Source: a bacterium (GTDB lineage: Bacteria > Hinthialibacterota > Hinthialibacteria > Hinthialibacterales > Hinthialibacteraceae). From it: 64,000 nt of DNA. The stretch's first letter is position 1, and every line of letters starts with the position of its first letter. The notes beneath the pieces were generated by a model. The model saw only the letters and a program-made list of their open reading frames with translations, did not search any database and was not told the origin of the DNA. Shown piece by piece: positions 9,565-21,111 of this stretch. The position numbers were made by a program, and so were the translations under genes. The stretch spans positions 1-64,000 of the forward strand of contig CAXXSM010000091.1 of assembly GCA_963663405.2 (NCBI GenBank), written 5' to 3'.

Positions 9565-12500
9565 TTATTGAGTCATCTGTTCGGCGAGACGAATATAATA
9601 ATTCTTCAACGCCTGACGGTATTGAGGGGGGATTGATTCATCCGGCGGACGTTTGGGGACGAGTTTGTTCTTCTCTTCAATGGAAATCGTGGTGTTGTCT
9701 TCCACATGGGTTCCATCCAGACCGGTTTTCGCCACTTCTTCCTTCCGCTTTTTACTGTATTCATCCTTTTCTTGCGCTGTGCCCGCATCAAGCATACGTG
9801 TAAGAATCCGCCGTTGTTTCTCCTGGACTTCCTCCCCACTCTCTCCCGATTTCAGCATTTCTTCAACTTCTTTCATCTCTTGATAAATGCCATCCAATTG
9901 ATTGCGAAGTTGCTCCGCGTGCCGGTAGCGGCGCATCATCTTTTCGATCTCTTTACGGATCCGAGCTTGCTGCTGCGCCATTTGCCGCAGTTGTTCCAGC
10001 ATCTGCTGACCATTTTGGCCCATTTGCTCCAACTGTTGAAGCATTTGATTCAGGCCTTGCTGTTGGAAGATGAGTTGCTGCATCTGCTGCTGCATATCCA
10101 TCTGGCCAGAGGCCTGGGCCATTTGCTCCATCATATTCTGTATGTCATCCAGCATACGGTACAACGCCAGATTGAGCGCCATGACGGATTGCCGGTTTTC
10201 ATGGAGACCGATCCACTCCGCTCCCTGCCCGGCGGCGGCGGCCTGCCGGAGACGTTCTTCGCTTCGCCGCAGGAGACTCTCAACCTCGCGATTCATGAAT
10301 GGATTGGTTTTCGCGATCTCCCACCACGCGCCGAGAATACGCCCAATTTCCTGCGCAAACGCACGCGCGCGCCGGATCGATCCGGTCGAATCCCGTCTTC
10401 TTTCTTCTGTTTCAGAAAGCCGTTCAATTTTATAGGAAAGAAACAATCCACGATCCACAAGGCGTTTCAACTCATTTGTATCCTTTTGCATGTCCATGCC
10501 CCCCATGCCGGACATTTGATTTTGCATCTGTTCCGACATACGCCGCAATTGATTGAGAGCCTGTTCTTGATGACTCATCGCTTGTTGGGGCTGATTCTGC
10601 TGCAACTGCTGAGCGGCCTGAGACAATTGTTGTTGGAGACCTTGTTCGTTCATGCGCTCCATCATCTCTTGAAGGTTTTGCGCCATTTCCGGACTGGTTT
10701 CGCGCATCGCTTGCCGCATAGCCTGCATCTTTTCGTTCAACTTTCCGGCGTCTTCCTCCAATTGGCGCTGCCGTTCTGCCAGAATATCTTTTTTTGTCTC
10801 TAACTCCTTTTGTTTTTGATCGAGCGCGTTTTCCCGTTCATTTCGCTGAGCCTCCGCTTCGGGTGAATCATCCGCCTGCGGATCATTGGAGGCTTGATTC
10901 CGCTCATTTTCCAAAGCCTGCCGCTGCTCTTGAATTTTATTTTGCTCTTCGGCCAACTGACCGGTTTCACGCTGAAGATGATCCTGCCGCTGGGCCATAT
11001 CATCCACCATCTGTTTCAACGCGTCCAGTTGACGATTCTGATACGTGCTTTCCAACATCGATAGAGTACGCTCCAACTGCCGGTCAAAATCCTGGAACGA
11101 AAAACTCAAATCTTGGAGCTGTTCGTCCGGCATTTGGAGGCTCATTTCATTAATCGTCTGTTCGATTTTTTGAAGCAATTGCTGGCTGTCCCGGTCAATG
11201 AGTTCATTCAGCAATTCTCGGATACGCTCCATTTTTTCAAACGTTTCGGGCGTAAATCCACGCTCCTCTTGCTCGTTTTCGGTCAGTTCATCCCGCGCGT
11301 CTTCTTGATATTCGGACAGTTCTTCTTCAAGTTTTTTCGCATCTTCGACTAATTCACGTTGCCGGTCTTGGAGTTCTTCCAGTTCCTTCTTTTCGGCCCA
11401 CATCGAATCTTCACCGCTTTCATCGGGAGATTCGGTTTCCCGTTTTTCCGCGATCTTCTCAATCGTTTTTTTGGGCGTCTTGCGTAATTTCACGCTGTTC
11501 TTCCACCAACTCACCTAAATCGCTGACCTGAGATTGTTCCGACGACTCTAATTGATCCAACATTTCTGTAAGAGTGTAATAACGGAGTACATACGTCTGT
11601 GAGCGGCCTATTTTGGGTCCCTTGACAGCGTCGTTATCATGAACTTCAAAAAAGTACGAAAGCTCATCACCAGGAAATAATCCCATCTCTGTCAGGTTCC
11701 ATGGAAATGAAGCGAAGATTTCCGTCCCTGCGCCAATCTTTTCAGCGGCCTGGGGCGAATATTGATAAATCAAACTGCGCTGGTTCGTCGATTCCTGGTA
11801 ATTGAGTTGGCTTTGCAAGATGATCCGTTCCACCCGGTAGTCATCCATCGCATGTACCTGCACGTCCTGAATCCGCCCATCCGGCAAGGGCGCGGCCGAT
11901 TTAGGATGAAGAATCTCAATCGCAGGAGTCGCATCGGGTATTACAGTTACTTGAAAAGATCGGCTTACACCCGATAAATGATGAGAATCAAGAAGGTCAA
12001 ACGAAAAAGAATTGGAATAATCAGCGGTAAAATCCGCATAAACCTTATCGTCATTAAAGAGCGCCAATCTCCGGTCTTTTCCATATTGAAAAGACGCTTC
12101 TTGAATCGGCGCATTCGCCCGCGCTTCGATCTCAATCCGGCTGCCTTCTGGAACCGTGATGGGGCGCAGGTGATTGATGGTTTTCTGCGGAATTTCAGTA
12201 TATTCTGGAGCCGTGATCTTCAGAGCGCCCTCTGCCAAAAATGGTGGATCAAGTGGAATCACCTTCCCCCGGTTCGACAGGCGGGAACCGGCGGAAAAAT
12301 AATAAGCCATCTCCTGACGTACCGCGGGAATCTTGAAAGAGATCTGCTTTGCCGACCGATCGGCGGAAATGGTTTTCCATCCGGCGCGAGTTAAAAGATG
12401 GATGTACGCTTCATCTGCATCAACCGGCTCTGAAAGAGCCGTCTTCAGAATTACGGGCTGCCCTCGCTTCACTTCAATCTGTTCTTCCGTTTTTAGGGGA

Positions 12501-13084
12501 TCCGGTTCAAATGATAATCCTCTCACAAAAAGCGAATCAACAATCCGTGAAAACCGGGTGGTCATCGTGTCCGGGCGCATCCCCCAAAGAAGACAAGTAA
12601 ATACGGCGATAACGGCAAAGACCAACGTGTTCGTATTGAATAAAATAGGTTTTTTATAACCAGCCCGTTGCTGGATATAATCCCGCAGCCATTCATCGTC
12701 CGCATGAAGCAGTTCCTGAGAATATCCCAGACGCTGGATTTCCGCTGGATTTTTTTCCGCATACACCAACAACGACGACCGGTTCGCGACCTCGTCCCGG
12801 CCTTGTTCCCAAAGATGAAAGAAAGTCGAAATGCGGAATCCCTCCCGCCCCCAGTGGATTAAAAGAGCGATAAAAATATACAACAGCGCGCCTACGGACA
12901 CCGTAAACAGAACATTCACAGCGCCGGACTCCAGTGAGAAGATCTCCCTGGCGAAAAGAAGAAAATGAATTAGAAATAAAGCGCTTCCCAGGGTGAGAAA
13001 CACAAGTTCGAGCGCATGACGAACTGTATGACGCCGATAGAGCCGATGAATGAATCCTATGCTTTTCCAGGAATTTGCTTTCAC
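9565..13084 (-). CDS. DUF4175-like membrane-anchored coiled-coil protein, split by an apparent frameshift near 11470
   Basis: N-terminal TM helices, Ig-like region (PDATPAIEILHP, DDYRV, LFPGDELSY..DNDAVKGPK), Q/M/E-rich coiled coil, C-terminal IPPQYRQALKNYY. The break is at a T7 run. Confidence 0.8.
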
Positions 13085-13267
13085 ACGTTCACCTGTTTCA
13101 TTGACTCCATTGATACGATCGCGGGAGTTTCAATCGTTTCTGTTTTATTCTTTCCCTTCATTCCAACAACATAATATATTATACGGTTCACATTCGAATA
13201 AGTATTTAAATCCAAGAGAAATCCCCTTTATCCGTACCACCCTATTTCAATGTAAGGTGTAATCTTT

Positions 13268-14275
13268 TTACTCGCTATTCTCACCGTCTGAATCTGTTTG
13301 ACCGAGATATAAATAACGTTGAATTAGATTAACGTAACCGGTCCATTCCCGGCCGTCATCATCGCGCACGTTATCCATCTCTCTTGTGATGGCCATCATC
13401 TGAGCGTCCATATTCTCGATATGATGCAGCAAGGTAGCTTCGAGCGTCATAGGAACGATGGGAGAACGTTCAATCTCCCCATGATGCGACAACACCATGT
13501 GCAGCAATTGGCGTTTTTTCTCTTCCGGAAATCTATCCAAGCGCCGGATCAGTTCCTCTACAATCCGCAGCCCGATATAGATATGTCCCAACAAACGGCC
13601 GTCTGTGCTGTAATCAACCCGGAAATCAAACATCAATTCATCGATTTTCCCTATATCGTGAAATACAGCGCCGCAGATCAGTAAATCCAAATCGACTTGA
13701 GGATAGAACGGCGCAATCAAGCGGCATAGTTTGGCGACACTGATACTATGTTCAAGCAAACCGTGGATATAGGGATGATGCCACAATTTCGCCGCCGGCG
13801 CATGGCTGAATTTTCTCCATAACGATTCATCCTCTCGAAACGCTTTGAGGAGACGGCGACAGTCTTCATCGTTTAATTCCTCGATGATCCGGTCAAATTC
13901 TTCCGTCATCTTCACGAGAGGAATTGAGCACGTGGGCAGAAAATCGGATGGATCCACATTAGACGTATCCTCCACCCGCTTGATTGTCTTAATCGCGATT
14001 TGCAGCGTATTCCGGAACGAATTGACTTTTCCACTCACCCATACCAGATCCCCATCTTTAATACTGGCATAGGTAACCTCCGCCCGATCCCATTGGATCG
14101 CGTCAATTTTTCCAGTCTTATCAGCCAGGCGCACAGAGAGGAATTTACCACGTTCATATTCTCTTAAAGACGTGCGGGTTACGGCGAACATGGATTCCAC
14201 CGAAGCGCCGATGGTCAAATCATGAACAAAAACTCTTTTCTCATGCTGCAAATTGTCTGAAAACAAATCACTCAT
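13268..14275 (-). CDS. yhaM: 3'-5' exoribonuclease YhaM family (OB-fold plus HD domain)
   Basis: LADKTGKI OB fold, PAAKLWHHPYIHGLLEHS, FHDIGK, GRLLGHI, LSHHG. AGAGGAG RBS before ATG 14275. Confidence 0.88.
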   Translation of the reverse strand: MSDLFSDNLQHEKRVFVHDLTIGASVESMFAVTRTSLREYERGKFLSVRLADKTGKIDAIQWDRAEVTYASIKDGDLVWVSGKVNSFRNTLQIAIKTIKRVEDTSNVDPSDFLPTCSIPLVKMTEEFDRIIEELNDEDCRRLLKAFREDESLWRKFSHAPAAKLWHHPYIHGLLEHSISVAKLCRLIAPFYPQVDLDLLICGAVFHDIGKIDELMFDFRVDYSTDGRLLGHIYIGLRIVEELIRRLDRFPEEKKRQLLHMVLSHHGEIERSPIVPMTLEATLLHHIENMDAQMMAITREMDNVRDDDGREWTGYVNLIQRYLYLGQTDSDGENSE

Positions 14276-14506
14276 TTCATCTCCTCTATTCAACGGATTA
14301 AACAATTCATTAGTACTCACATTCCGATGCGGTTCTCTGATTGGCTCGCAAGCGGAAAAGAGAAATTTGAATGCCACATCACATAGTTTAAACCGAATCG
14401 TTTTAATCTTTTAAAGATAGGATAGGTGGAGTTGATTCCGATGGAAGCGTTGGAGAGCGGAAGGAGAATGAGAATCCTTCAGAAATGAATTCGAATCAGG
14501 CGTCAT

Positions 14507-16222
14507 CTAATCCCGTTTTTTTATTTCAGCCACAGCGGCCCAAAGAAATGTAGTTCCAATAGAGAAGAGAAAAAAAGTATGGATCGAAATGGCGGCGTAA
14601 GTCCCAAAATCCCATTGCGTCACGCTCAACAAACTGATCGGCGCAATTAAGACCAAAATATCTTGTAACTTCGCTATCTTCTTTACTCCCATAAATTCAA
14701 GCATAGGGATTAAAAACACGGTTGGAAGCAACAAATGGGCGAGGACTACGCTGATAGTCTTCCGGTATGGAAAGTTACTGTCTTTCCGGGACGCGCTGGA
14801 GAAATGAATCCCTACAGTCGTATAAAGGTACATACAACCTAGAAAAAACACGCTGATAAATAACATCTCAAGAAGATAATAATGATCGGGTGGTTTCCCA
14901 ATCCAATGAAAGATCACAATCGAAGAGAAAAAAAACGTTAAAAAAATGGTAAACAAGGGAATCGAGACTTGCCGGACATTGCTCAATGCTTTTCCCAACA
15001 CGATATCCAAAGAACGAAGCGTTGTTGTTCGTAACAGCGGCCATGTATTACGATTCCGCTCCACCCAAAAAGTAAAACTGGGAGCGACCGGTGTGAATAG
15101 CCCCGCGATCAAAAATCCAAACAGACACGATATCACATAGGTCACCGTTAATGTCACCTCGGTCAACGGCGAGACGATCAACATCATCCAAGATAAGATT
15201 AATGAGATAATACACGAGCCAATCACCACATTGCGTTCGCGGGAGAGAAACTTGCTGTTGACATTAATGTTTTCTTTCTGATAAATGAGATAATGTTTCT
15301 CTTTAAAAAACGAATCCAACTCCCTTTCATTAGAGGACTTCGCCACAGTTTTTTTGGTACACGATCGGAATTGACTCCAAGAAAACCGGTTCGAAAATAA
15401 ACCCGATCCATACCCGAAGATAACGGTGACAAAAATAAAAATAAGGATCGATAGAACAGTGAGAACCGTGGCGCAGATATAACCTGGCGCATTCATTAGA
15501 ATCGATGAAACCTGAGCGCCAACCGATGCGGTTCCATTCTGCATGGCAGCCAAAATAATGAAGGGATTGAGAAAAAATTCAACTCCAAAACCGATATCTC
15601 TATTATTTTTCAAAACGAAAATCTCTAATAAAACTCGAAACGCAATTGGCGCAAAGAGAGTAAATATCAACATCATAATGGATACCCGCCCCGCTGTGGC
15701 GGAATTGCTTGAAAAAAGCGAAACCATAATCCCCAGCATTGCAGCGAGTAAATAAAAGGAAGCAAGAATCAAAACACATTGAATCACTTCGTGTGGCCCT
15801 ATTCCCCCCAAAATAAAACAGATAGAAAAGAAGGGTATCAATGAACTTAAAATTAAAAGCGCATAGAGAAAACTCGCGGCGCATTTTCCCCATATTATCG
15901 CTCTGTGTTTCAATGGAGTCGTGAGAAGTAGATCAAGCGATTCCGACTCTCTTTCCTTCACAATACTCGCAGAACCCATCATAGCGATCGGAAGCGCTAA
16001 AAAACAAGATAAATTAACAAGCGAATAAAATATCCCGCGCCCGCTGATCGTTTCGAAGTTGATGAGATTTAAATAAAAACCCTTTACAATAGAATAATAA
16101 TTCGGACAGATAACAAACAACGCGGCGCCCAACACAACAAATAAAATAACAAACGTACGGGGCTGCCGTATTTTTCGTATCAATTCCCGCATGATAATAG
16201 GATTGTAGATAACACTGTTCAT
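14507..16222 (-). CDS. ABC-2 type transporter permease with duplicated membrane domain
   Basis: NPIIMREL start, ERESESLDLLLTTPL..IIWGK and a second ERNRNTWPLLRTT..IVLGK motif, many TM helices. Confidence 0.8.
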   Translation of the reverse strand: MNSVIYNPIIMRELIRKIRQPRTFVILFVVLGAALFVICPNYYSIVKGFYLNLINFETISGRGIFYSLVNLSCFLALPIAMMGSASIVKERESESLDLLLTTPLKHRAIIWGKCAASFLYALLILSSLIPFFSICFILGGIGPHEVIQCVLILASFYLLAAMLGIMVSLFSSNSATAGRVSIMMLIFTLFAPIAFRVLLEIFVLKNNRDIGFGVEFFLNPFIILAAMQNGTASVGAQVSSILMNAPGYICATVLTVLSILIFIFVTVIFGYGSGLFSNRFSWSQFRSCTKKTVAKSSNERELDSFFKEKHYLIYQKENINVNSKFLSRERNVVIGSCIISLILSWMMLIVSPLTEVTLTVTYVISCLFGFLIAGLFTPVAPSFTFWVERNRNTWPLLRTTTLRSLDIVLGKALSNVRQVSIPLFTIFLTFFFSSIVIFHWIGKPPDHYYLLEMLFISVFFLGCMYLYTTVGIHFSSASRKDSNFPYRKTISVVLAHLLLPTVFLIPMLEFMGVKKIAKLQDILVLIAPISLLSVTQWDFGTYAAISIHTFFLFSIGTTFLWAAVAEIKKRD

Positions 16223-16451
16223 CTTTTACTATTCAACCTTCCTAGAAACAAACAACAACTCATCTCTTTTCTTAAAAACCTTCCCTAAACCGAGAATTAT
16301 CAAATAGTAAGTAACATTTCATATAGATTTATCCACCGATAGTCTACACATGATTCCCCCCAATCGATACGTTCCTATACGCCCGATCACTTATAGCAAA
16401 GTGAGAGAGCGCCATTTAATAATGGAATAAACGAGTGATGGATTCAATTGG

Positions 16452-16543
16452 TTTATATGAAAATAAGTCTCTAGGACTATCTCATTCGCAAACTCTTCCG
16501 CGACTCATTTTCATCTGCGGTTGGGATCTCAATCACAATGATT
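16452..16543 (+). repeat. Dispersed intergenic repeat family A, copy 1 (~92 bp, internal inverted repeat)
   Basis: Aligns by eye with 42362-42456 (+) and 48236-48328 (-). Arms ATGAAAAT(A/G)AGTC and GACTCATTTTCAT. Confidence 0.85.
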
Positions 16544-16603
16544 CAAGTGAAATGAAGATCAGAAAATGAATGGAGGATCTCTATCGATATCTTACGTTAA
16601 TTC

Positions 16604-19600
16604 TTATTCCACACGCTGAATGCGGGGCGCAAGTTCAACATCACGGGTTGAATCCGTTCCGTAGTAGGGTATGTTGACCGGGAACGGCACAGCGGGAAAT
16701 CCGTCAATGATACGAATATCGTCACTCGTAGTGTCCCCATACGCGGGCGCGTACCGGGTGGATTGTCCGCCAGTGTGAATCCCTCCAAAGCCATCAAACA
16801 AGAAGATCCCCACACGCCGTCCACTTGTAGGAACGGTCCTGCCGGATTCATCTAAACCATAAATTGGAGTTTCACTGATTTCCAATTCGAAATCGCGCGC
16901 GATATCCATCGAGAAACCCGTCTGCGCTTTTCCAAACGGAAATAGAGAACTGATATACTCTTCCACTTCATCTGTGTATTCAACATCCGCGAATGGGACG
17001 AAAGAAATGATCCCATCGCCTCTCATAATCCCCAATCCAATGAATTGACTGCCTTGGGCATCCGGGATTAATTCCATGTCCCGGTAACTCATCCCATCTT
17101 GCATGATAATAGGTGGAAGAAAATCAGAATTGAGAGCTGGCGCGTTTCCGACGACATATATAAACCCAAGATTATCGAGAACATACGCGCCCCACCCTAC
17201 CAAGCTGCGGCTGTAGAGGCTGTTGGTTAACGTGATGTGCCGTCCACGATAAATCTCGAGATCGACGGCGATAGAATTTTCAGTGAAATCAGCGGAAGGA
17301 GAGTTTTCTTCCAAGAGAGCGGACGCGCTTCCTTCCGCATATATATTCCCATACCGGTCGAGTACGTAAAAACCATCGTTGCCAGCCGGTTCTAGATCAA
17401 TAAGAGTAGGGAGATAAGAGACAACAAAGCCATTTTCAAAAATGGGGAGAAGCGGAATTGAATCCCCCTTATAGAATCGATAATTCACATTATCATTTGG
17501 ATTGTTATTGATATCGATCCCTCCATTGTTTGGCCCTCCTGTCGCTCCTAACCGCGTGACAACCGGTGGGAGAAACATGCCAAGACTTCCGCCCATTAAA
17601 TAGTAAACTCCCTCCGAGCCATTCCCATCCGGATCAATTTCACCAGAAAATTCCATGTCCTGCGCAATGGGGTACGCTTCCCCACCGATCATCAATAATG
17701 GCGCTAAAACATCTGAATCGGGGATTCCATCCAGCGTTTCCTCATCTACCAATATTCCTTCCGCGTTGGTAATCCCTATATCAAAGTTATGCACCGCGGC
17801 GCCGCGTGGGAACGTTCCACCAATCTCGTCAAACGACACCAATCCCAATTCCGGATTGACCTGAATCGCCGTCGGTGTTGGTGAAGGAGAATCCACTGGT
17901 GTCGGATTAATAGGTATAGTTGGCGCTTGCGTCGGCGTCTCAGTGATAGGTCGCGCCGTAGGTGTTTTCGTAGGCGCTTTTGTGGGAACTACAGTAAATG
18001 TAGGCGCCTTAGTGGGGACTTGTGTCGGTCTTACAGTAGGCGTTTTCGTCGGTGTCTTTGTAGGTCTCCGCGTTGGTGTTTTCGTCGGACGAGGAGTCAT
18101 TGTTGGCGTTTTTGTTGACGTTGGTATGATACGAGTTGGAGTCGGAGTTGGAGTTGAATCAACGTTGTCTTGAGACACCGTTTCAATTGTGAATGTAAGA
18201 TCCTCGCTTCCCAAATTCCGCACAACTATAAAATACGACACGGATTCCAACGCAAGATCACCTCTTGGTCCAAGGATAACTTCCGCGTGTCCTTCCTTAC
18301 CGGAAGCTGTTGCAGGATCATAGGAATAAACGGGTTTCCCTTTTTTTACTACGAGTTCAAATGGAACAGTAGTTTGCCGGGTGTCGACAATTATCAAAAT
18401 CGATTTTTCATTACCAGTTGGGACAAACAAATATTGAAACAACGCGTCGTTTTTTGAGGAAATCCCTCCAATCTCTATTGTATTTAAACCTAGGATTTGA
18501 ACTTCGCGTTCGTCATCGGAAACACTTTCTTCTCCCACATGAATATCAATATCCGATGTGGTTTCCCCTGCGCGAACCACGACCGGATCCCAAACACTAC
18601 GACCAATATTAGACAAAGAATCCTTGTGATAAAACTGCGGTGGAGGTGGATTTCTAAATGAAAAATCACTCGACCAACGAGTATAGGGACCGACACCGGA
18701 GGCGCCAAAAAAATATAAATCCACTGGCTCAATAAATAGTTCATATTCCCCCGCCGGGAGTCCATAAAACTCGAATGATCCCATATTCGCTTCGTAGACA
18801 CCTGTTACAGTGGAATAGATTTTCTTCGAGACCGCGCCAATTTCCCGGATGACAACATTAATACCGGGAAGTTCCTCTCCATTTCGATACACAATCCCAT
18901 AGATATTGCCTCTCCCCTTTTCCATTGAAGGCGCGGGATAGAGGTTTGAGACAGCCAATCGGTCATCATCCGTTAATTCAGTTCGCACGGAATCATCATC
19001 CGCGGCTGTGGGGAACATGATGGGCACATAAAGATCGTTGGCGGCGACTCCATCATACGCGAGATGACGGAAAAACTGCGCGTGATCCAATCCGATGAAA
19101 TGCCCGAATTCATGAATCAGCGTTGATAGTAATTCCGATGGACCTATTTCGTATTTTTTTAAAATATATCCATTAAAAACCGCTTCCGCAGAGGTATACT
19201 CTCCCCCTCCCCATGAGGTAGGCCCTGCGAATCCTAAATATTCTTCTTTGGCTCCATCTCCATATAAATCATCAATGATTGAACCATCATCATCAAAAAT
19301 GATGGCATTAAATTTTGGATCATTATTTCCAAATAGTTCATAATAATTCTTATTCGTTACATCAACGGGCAAATTTTCCCCACGCTCAATAACAATGGAT
19401 GCGGTATCCACAGATGTCCAGATTGAAAAGGCTTTTTCAACTAATTCAACCGCCTCTTCATGAGAGAATGGACCCAAAGAGCCTAAATCCACATTATATG
19501 TGATCGGAAATGAACGGTCCGGCCAAACAACAGGTACGCCGGAAAGCACATCGGTCGGTCCGCCAGCCCTTGCGATAGGATGGGGAAAAAATAATAAAAC

Positions 19601-19639
19601 AAATAAAATCAGAGAAATACAACGCAAGTTTTTATTCAT
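16604..19639 (-). CDS. Secreted matrixin-like zinc metalloprotease with Pro/Thr linker and C-terminal repeat (propeller) domain
   Basis: Signal peptide, [11 protein letters not shown] zinc motif, Met-turn PIMFP, carboxypeptidase-regulatory-like domain, about 95-aa PT linker, C-terminal D-x-E / G-x-Y-x-L-D repeats. Confidence 0.85.
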   Translation of the reverse strand: MNKNLRCISLILFVLLFFPHPIARAGGPTDVLSGVPVVWPDRSFPITYNVDLGSLGPFSHEEAVELVEKAFSIWTSVDTASIVIERGENLPVDVTNKNYYELFGNNDPKFNAIIFDDDGSIIDDLYGDGAKEEYLGFAGPTSWGGGEYTSAEAVFNGYILKKYEIGPSELLSTLIHEFGHFIGLDHAQFFRHLAYDGVAANDLYVPIMFPTAADDDSVRTELTDDDRLAVSNLYPAPSMEKGRGNIYGIVYRNGEELPGINVVIREIGAVSKKIYSTVTGVYEANMGSFEFYGLPAGEYELFIEPVDLYFFGASGVGPYTRWSSDFSFRNPPPPQFYHKDSLSNIGRSVWDPVVVRAGETTSDIDIHVGEESVSDDEREVQILGLNTIEIGGISSKNDALFQYLFVPTGNEKSILIIVDTRQTTVPFELVVKKGKPVYSYDPATASGKEGHAEVILGPRGDLALESVSYFIVVRNLGSEDLTFTIETVSQDNVDSTPTPTPTRIIPTSTKTPTMTPRPTKTPTRRPTKTPTKTPTVRPTQVPTKAPTFTVVPTKAPTKTPTARPITETPTQAPTIPINPTPVDSPSPTPTAIQVNPELGLVSFDEIGGTFPRGAAVHNFDIGITNAEGILVDEETLDGIPDSDVLAPLLMIGGEAYPIAQDMEFSGEIDPDGNGSEGVYYLMGGSLGMFLPPVVTRLGATGGPNNGGIDINNNPNDNVNYRFYKGDSIPLLPIFENGFVVSYLPTLIDLEPAGNDGFYVLDRYGNIYAEGSASALLEENSPSADFTENSIAVDLEIYRGRHITLTNSLYSRSLVGWGAYVLDNLGFIYVVGNAPALNSDFLPPIIMQDGMSYRDMELIPDAQGSQFIGLGIMRGDGIISFVPFADVEYTDEVEEYISSLFPFGKAQTGFSMDIARDFELEISETPIYGLDESGRTVPTSGRRVGIFLFDGFGGIHTGGQSTRYAPAYGDTTSDDIRIIDGFPAVPFPVNIPYYGTDSTRDVELAPRIQRVE
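17865..18160 (-). repeat. Low-complexity Pro/Thr-rich coding linker (TPTPTPT..PTKTPT)
   Basis: Degenerate ~12-nt repeats encoding PTxT units inside the metalloprotease gene. Confidence 0.85.
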
Positions 19640-19655
19640 CCAAACCTTTTAAAAA

Positions 19656-19731
19656 CTAGCCAAATATATTTGATTTTGTTTCTGCAATTTCTTTCAAGGC
19701 GTGTTTTCAGATTGGCCATGTAAGAATCTAA
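19656..19731 (+). repeat. Dispersed intergenic repeat family B, copy 1 (internally deleted)
   Basis: Exact 18-mer CTAGCCAAATATATTTGA and CAGATTGGCCxTGxAAGAATCTAA shared with 61972-62098. Confidence 0.75.
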
Positions 19732-20110
19732 CGAATTCATTTTAAGAATTTCGCAAAAACAATATATAACAAAGATTAAAAAACGGCTATTTATTCATTC
19801 AAAATGACTCGGAGACAAACAGTAACCAACAATAATACAAGCAAATTCCGTTTAACCGAGCTTTGTCCTGTAGAAACATCATCAAATAATGCTATCCTCT
19901 TTTGTCTTATCGGCTTGAAAGATTGTCAACTCAAATTTCATCATGTAAAATTTAACGAAAAGGTATTTCACTCTAGAATAGAATCATGAAACTCGACGTT
20001 GGGTTCACGTACCAACCGTTATATGTTCTTTATTGAAATCGTATTCACTATATCTTAAAAATCGCAAATGACCACTAAATTCATTTTACAATAAATATCA
20101 GAATATTGCA

Positions 20111-20662
20111 ATGAGAAAAAAAATATTCATAGGATTATCAATCTTCTGTTTTTTCTTCAATCTATTCGCAGTGAATTACGTTACGAAAAGCATCCAAAAT
20201 TATATAAAAAATTATGATTGGCCTTCTTTTAACGCTTGGTTGTATCCCTTTTTATTCTTTTTCGCTGGCGTTTTATGCGGAATGATTTTAATCCGCTGTC
20301 TGATACAAAGACCGAATTTAATAGAGATAATCATTGCATCTTATGGATTATTACTATTATTTTTTGTTCTAAACAATTCGTTACTCCTCACAACAGAATT
20401 AATACATTTACCTCAATTTGCTATACTTACGATACTTTTATTAAACGCATTTCCAGAGGATGCGATTCTAGCTGTGATGTGGAGCGCGATAGCCTGTATC
20501 TTAGATGAATGGTTTCAATCTTTTACACCTAATCGAGTATTGGATATCAACGATGTATTTCTCAACTTTTCCGGTCTGTTCCTTGGCGTAGTCTTTGTAT
20601 GGACTCTCTCTCTTTCCAAGCCGCCGGAAAAAAACGATTCATCATTTGATCGCTCCATCTAA
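20111..20662 (+). CDS. VanZ family membrane protein
   Basis: ELIHLPQFAIL, LDEWFQSFTPNRVLDINDVFLNFSG. Confidence 0.85.
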   Translation: MRKKIFIGLSIFCFFFNLFAVNYVTKSIQNYIKNYDWPSFNAWLYPFLFFFAGVLCGMILIRCLIQRPNLIEIIIASYGLLLLFFVLNNSLLLTTELIHLPQFAILTILLLNAFPEDAILAVMWSAIACILDEWFQSFTPNRVLDINDVFLNFSGLFLGVVFVWTLSLSKPPEKNDSSFDRSI

Positions 20663-21061
20663 ATATTCGAGGTCTGGAAAGGGAGATGGATCATAGCGTT
20701 TTGGTGGTTTTTCCGATAATCTAAAAAAATAGGAACACCACCACTGTTCCTCCATCAATCCCGGTTCTGTTTCACGAACGATTAAAAAACGGGGTTGAAA
20801 ACCTCGAATATCCTCCTCCTGTTCTGGAAGGCTATTCCAGCGAAAATCCTTTACTACACCAATATATTGCCCCAATTTTCCGATATTCCGGCAGGCGAAT
20901 CCAGAGGAATACGCATACTGACCAATGCTCTCTTTCATACTCCGAAAAGCGATCCATTGCTGAATAAGAACAATCAATAAAATTAGAGGGATTCCCCACA
21001 AAGCGGATTTATATAGAATAAGTTTACATTTTTGCTTTAAGGGCATTCGGTCTGATTCCAT
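20642..21061 (-). CDS. Hypothetical protein with one N-terminal TM helix
   Basis: 139-aa ORF filling the gap between neighbours. No recognisable motif. Confidence 0.55.
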   Translation of the reverse strand: MESDRMPLKQKCKLILYKSALWGIPLILLIVLIQQWIAFRSMKESIGQYAYSSGFACRNIGKLGQYIGVVKDFRWNSLPEQEEDIRGFQPRFLIVRETEPGLMEEQWWCSYFFRLSEKPPKRYDPSPFPDLEYLDGAIK

Positions 21062-21111
21062 TTCATTTTAACAAAGAATTGATTTGATTATTGAGACAAG
21101 AAGATTGTATT

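Noticed and set aside
9706-10803. 365-aa ORF on the + strand
   Set aside because: It is the antisense shadow of the Gln/Met/Glu-rich DUF4175 gene. The Leu/His-rich translation has no protein-like features.
17865-18160. Short tandem repeats as a possible CRISPR array or VNTR
   Set aside because: They are degenerate codon repeats encoding a Pro/Thr linker, with no repeat-spacer structure or cas genes.
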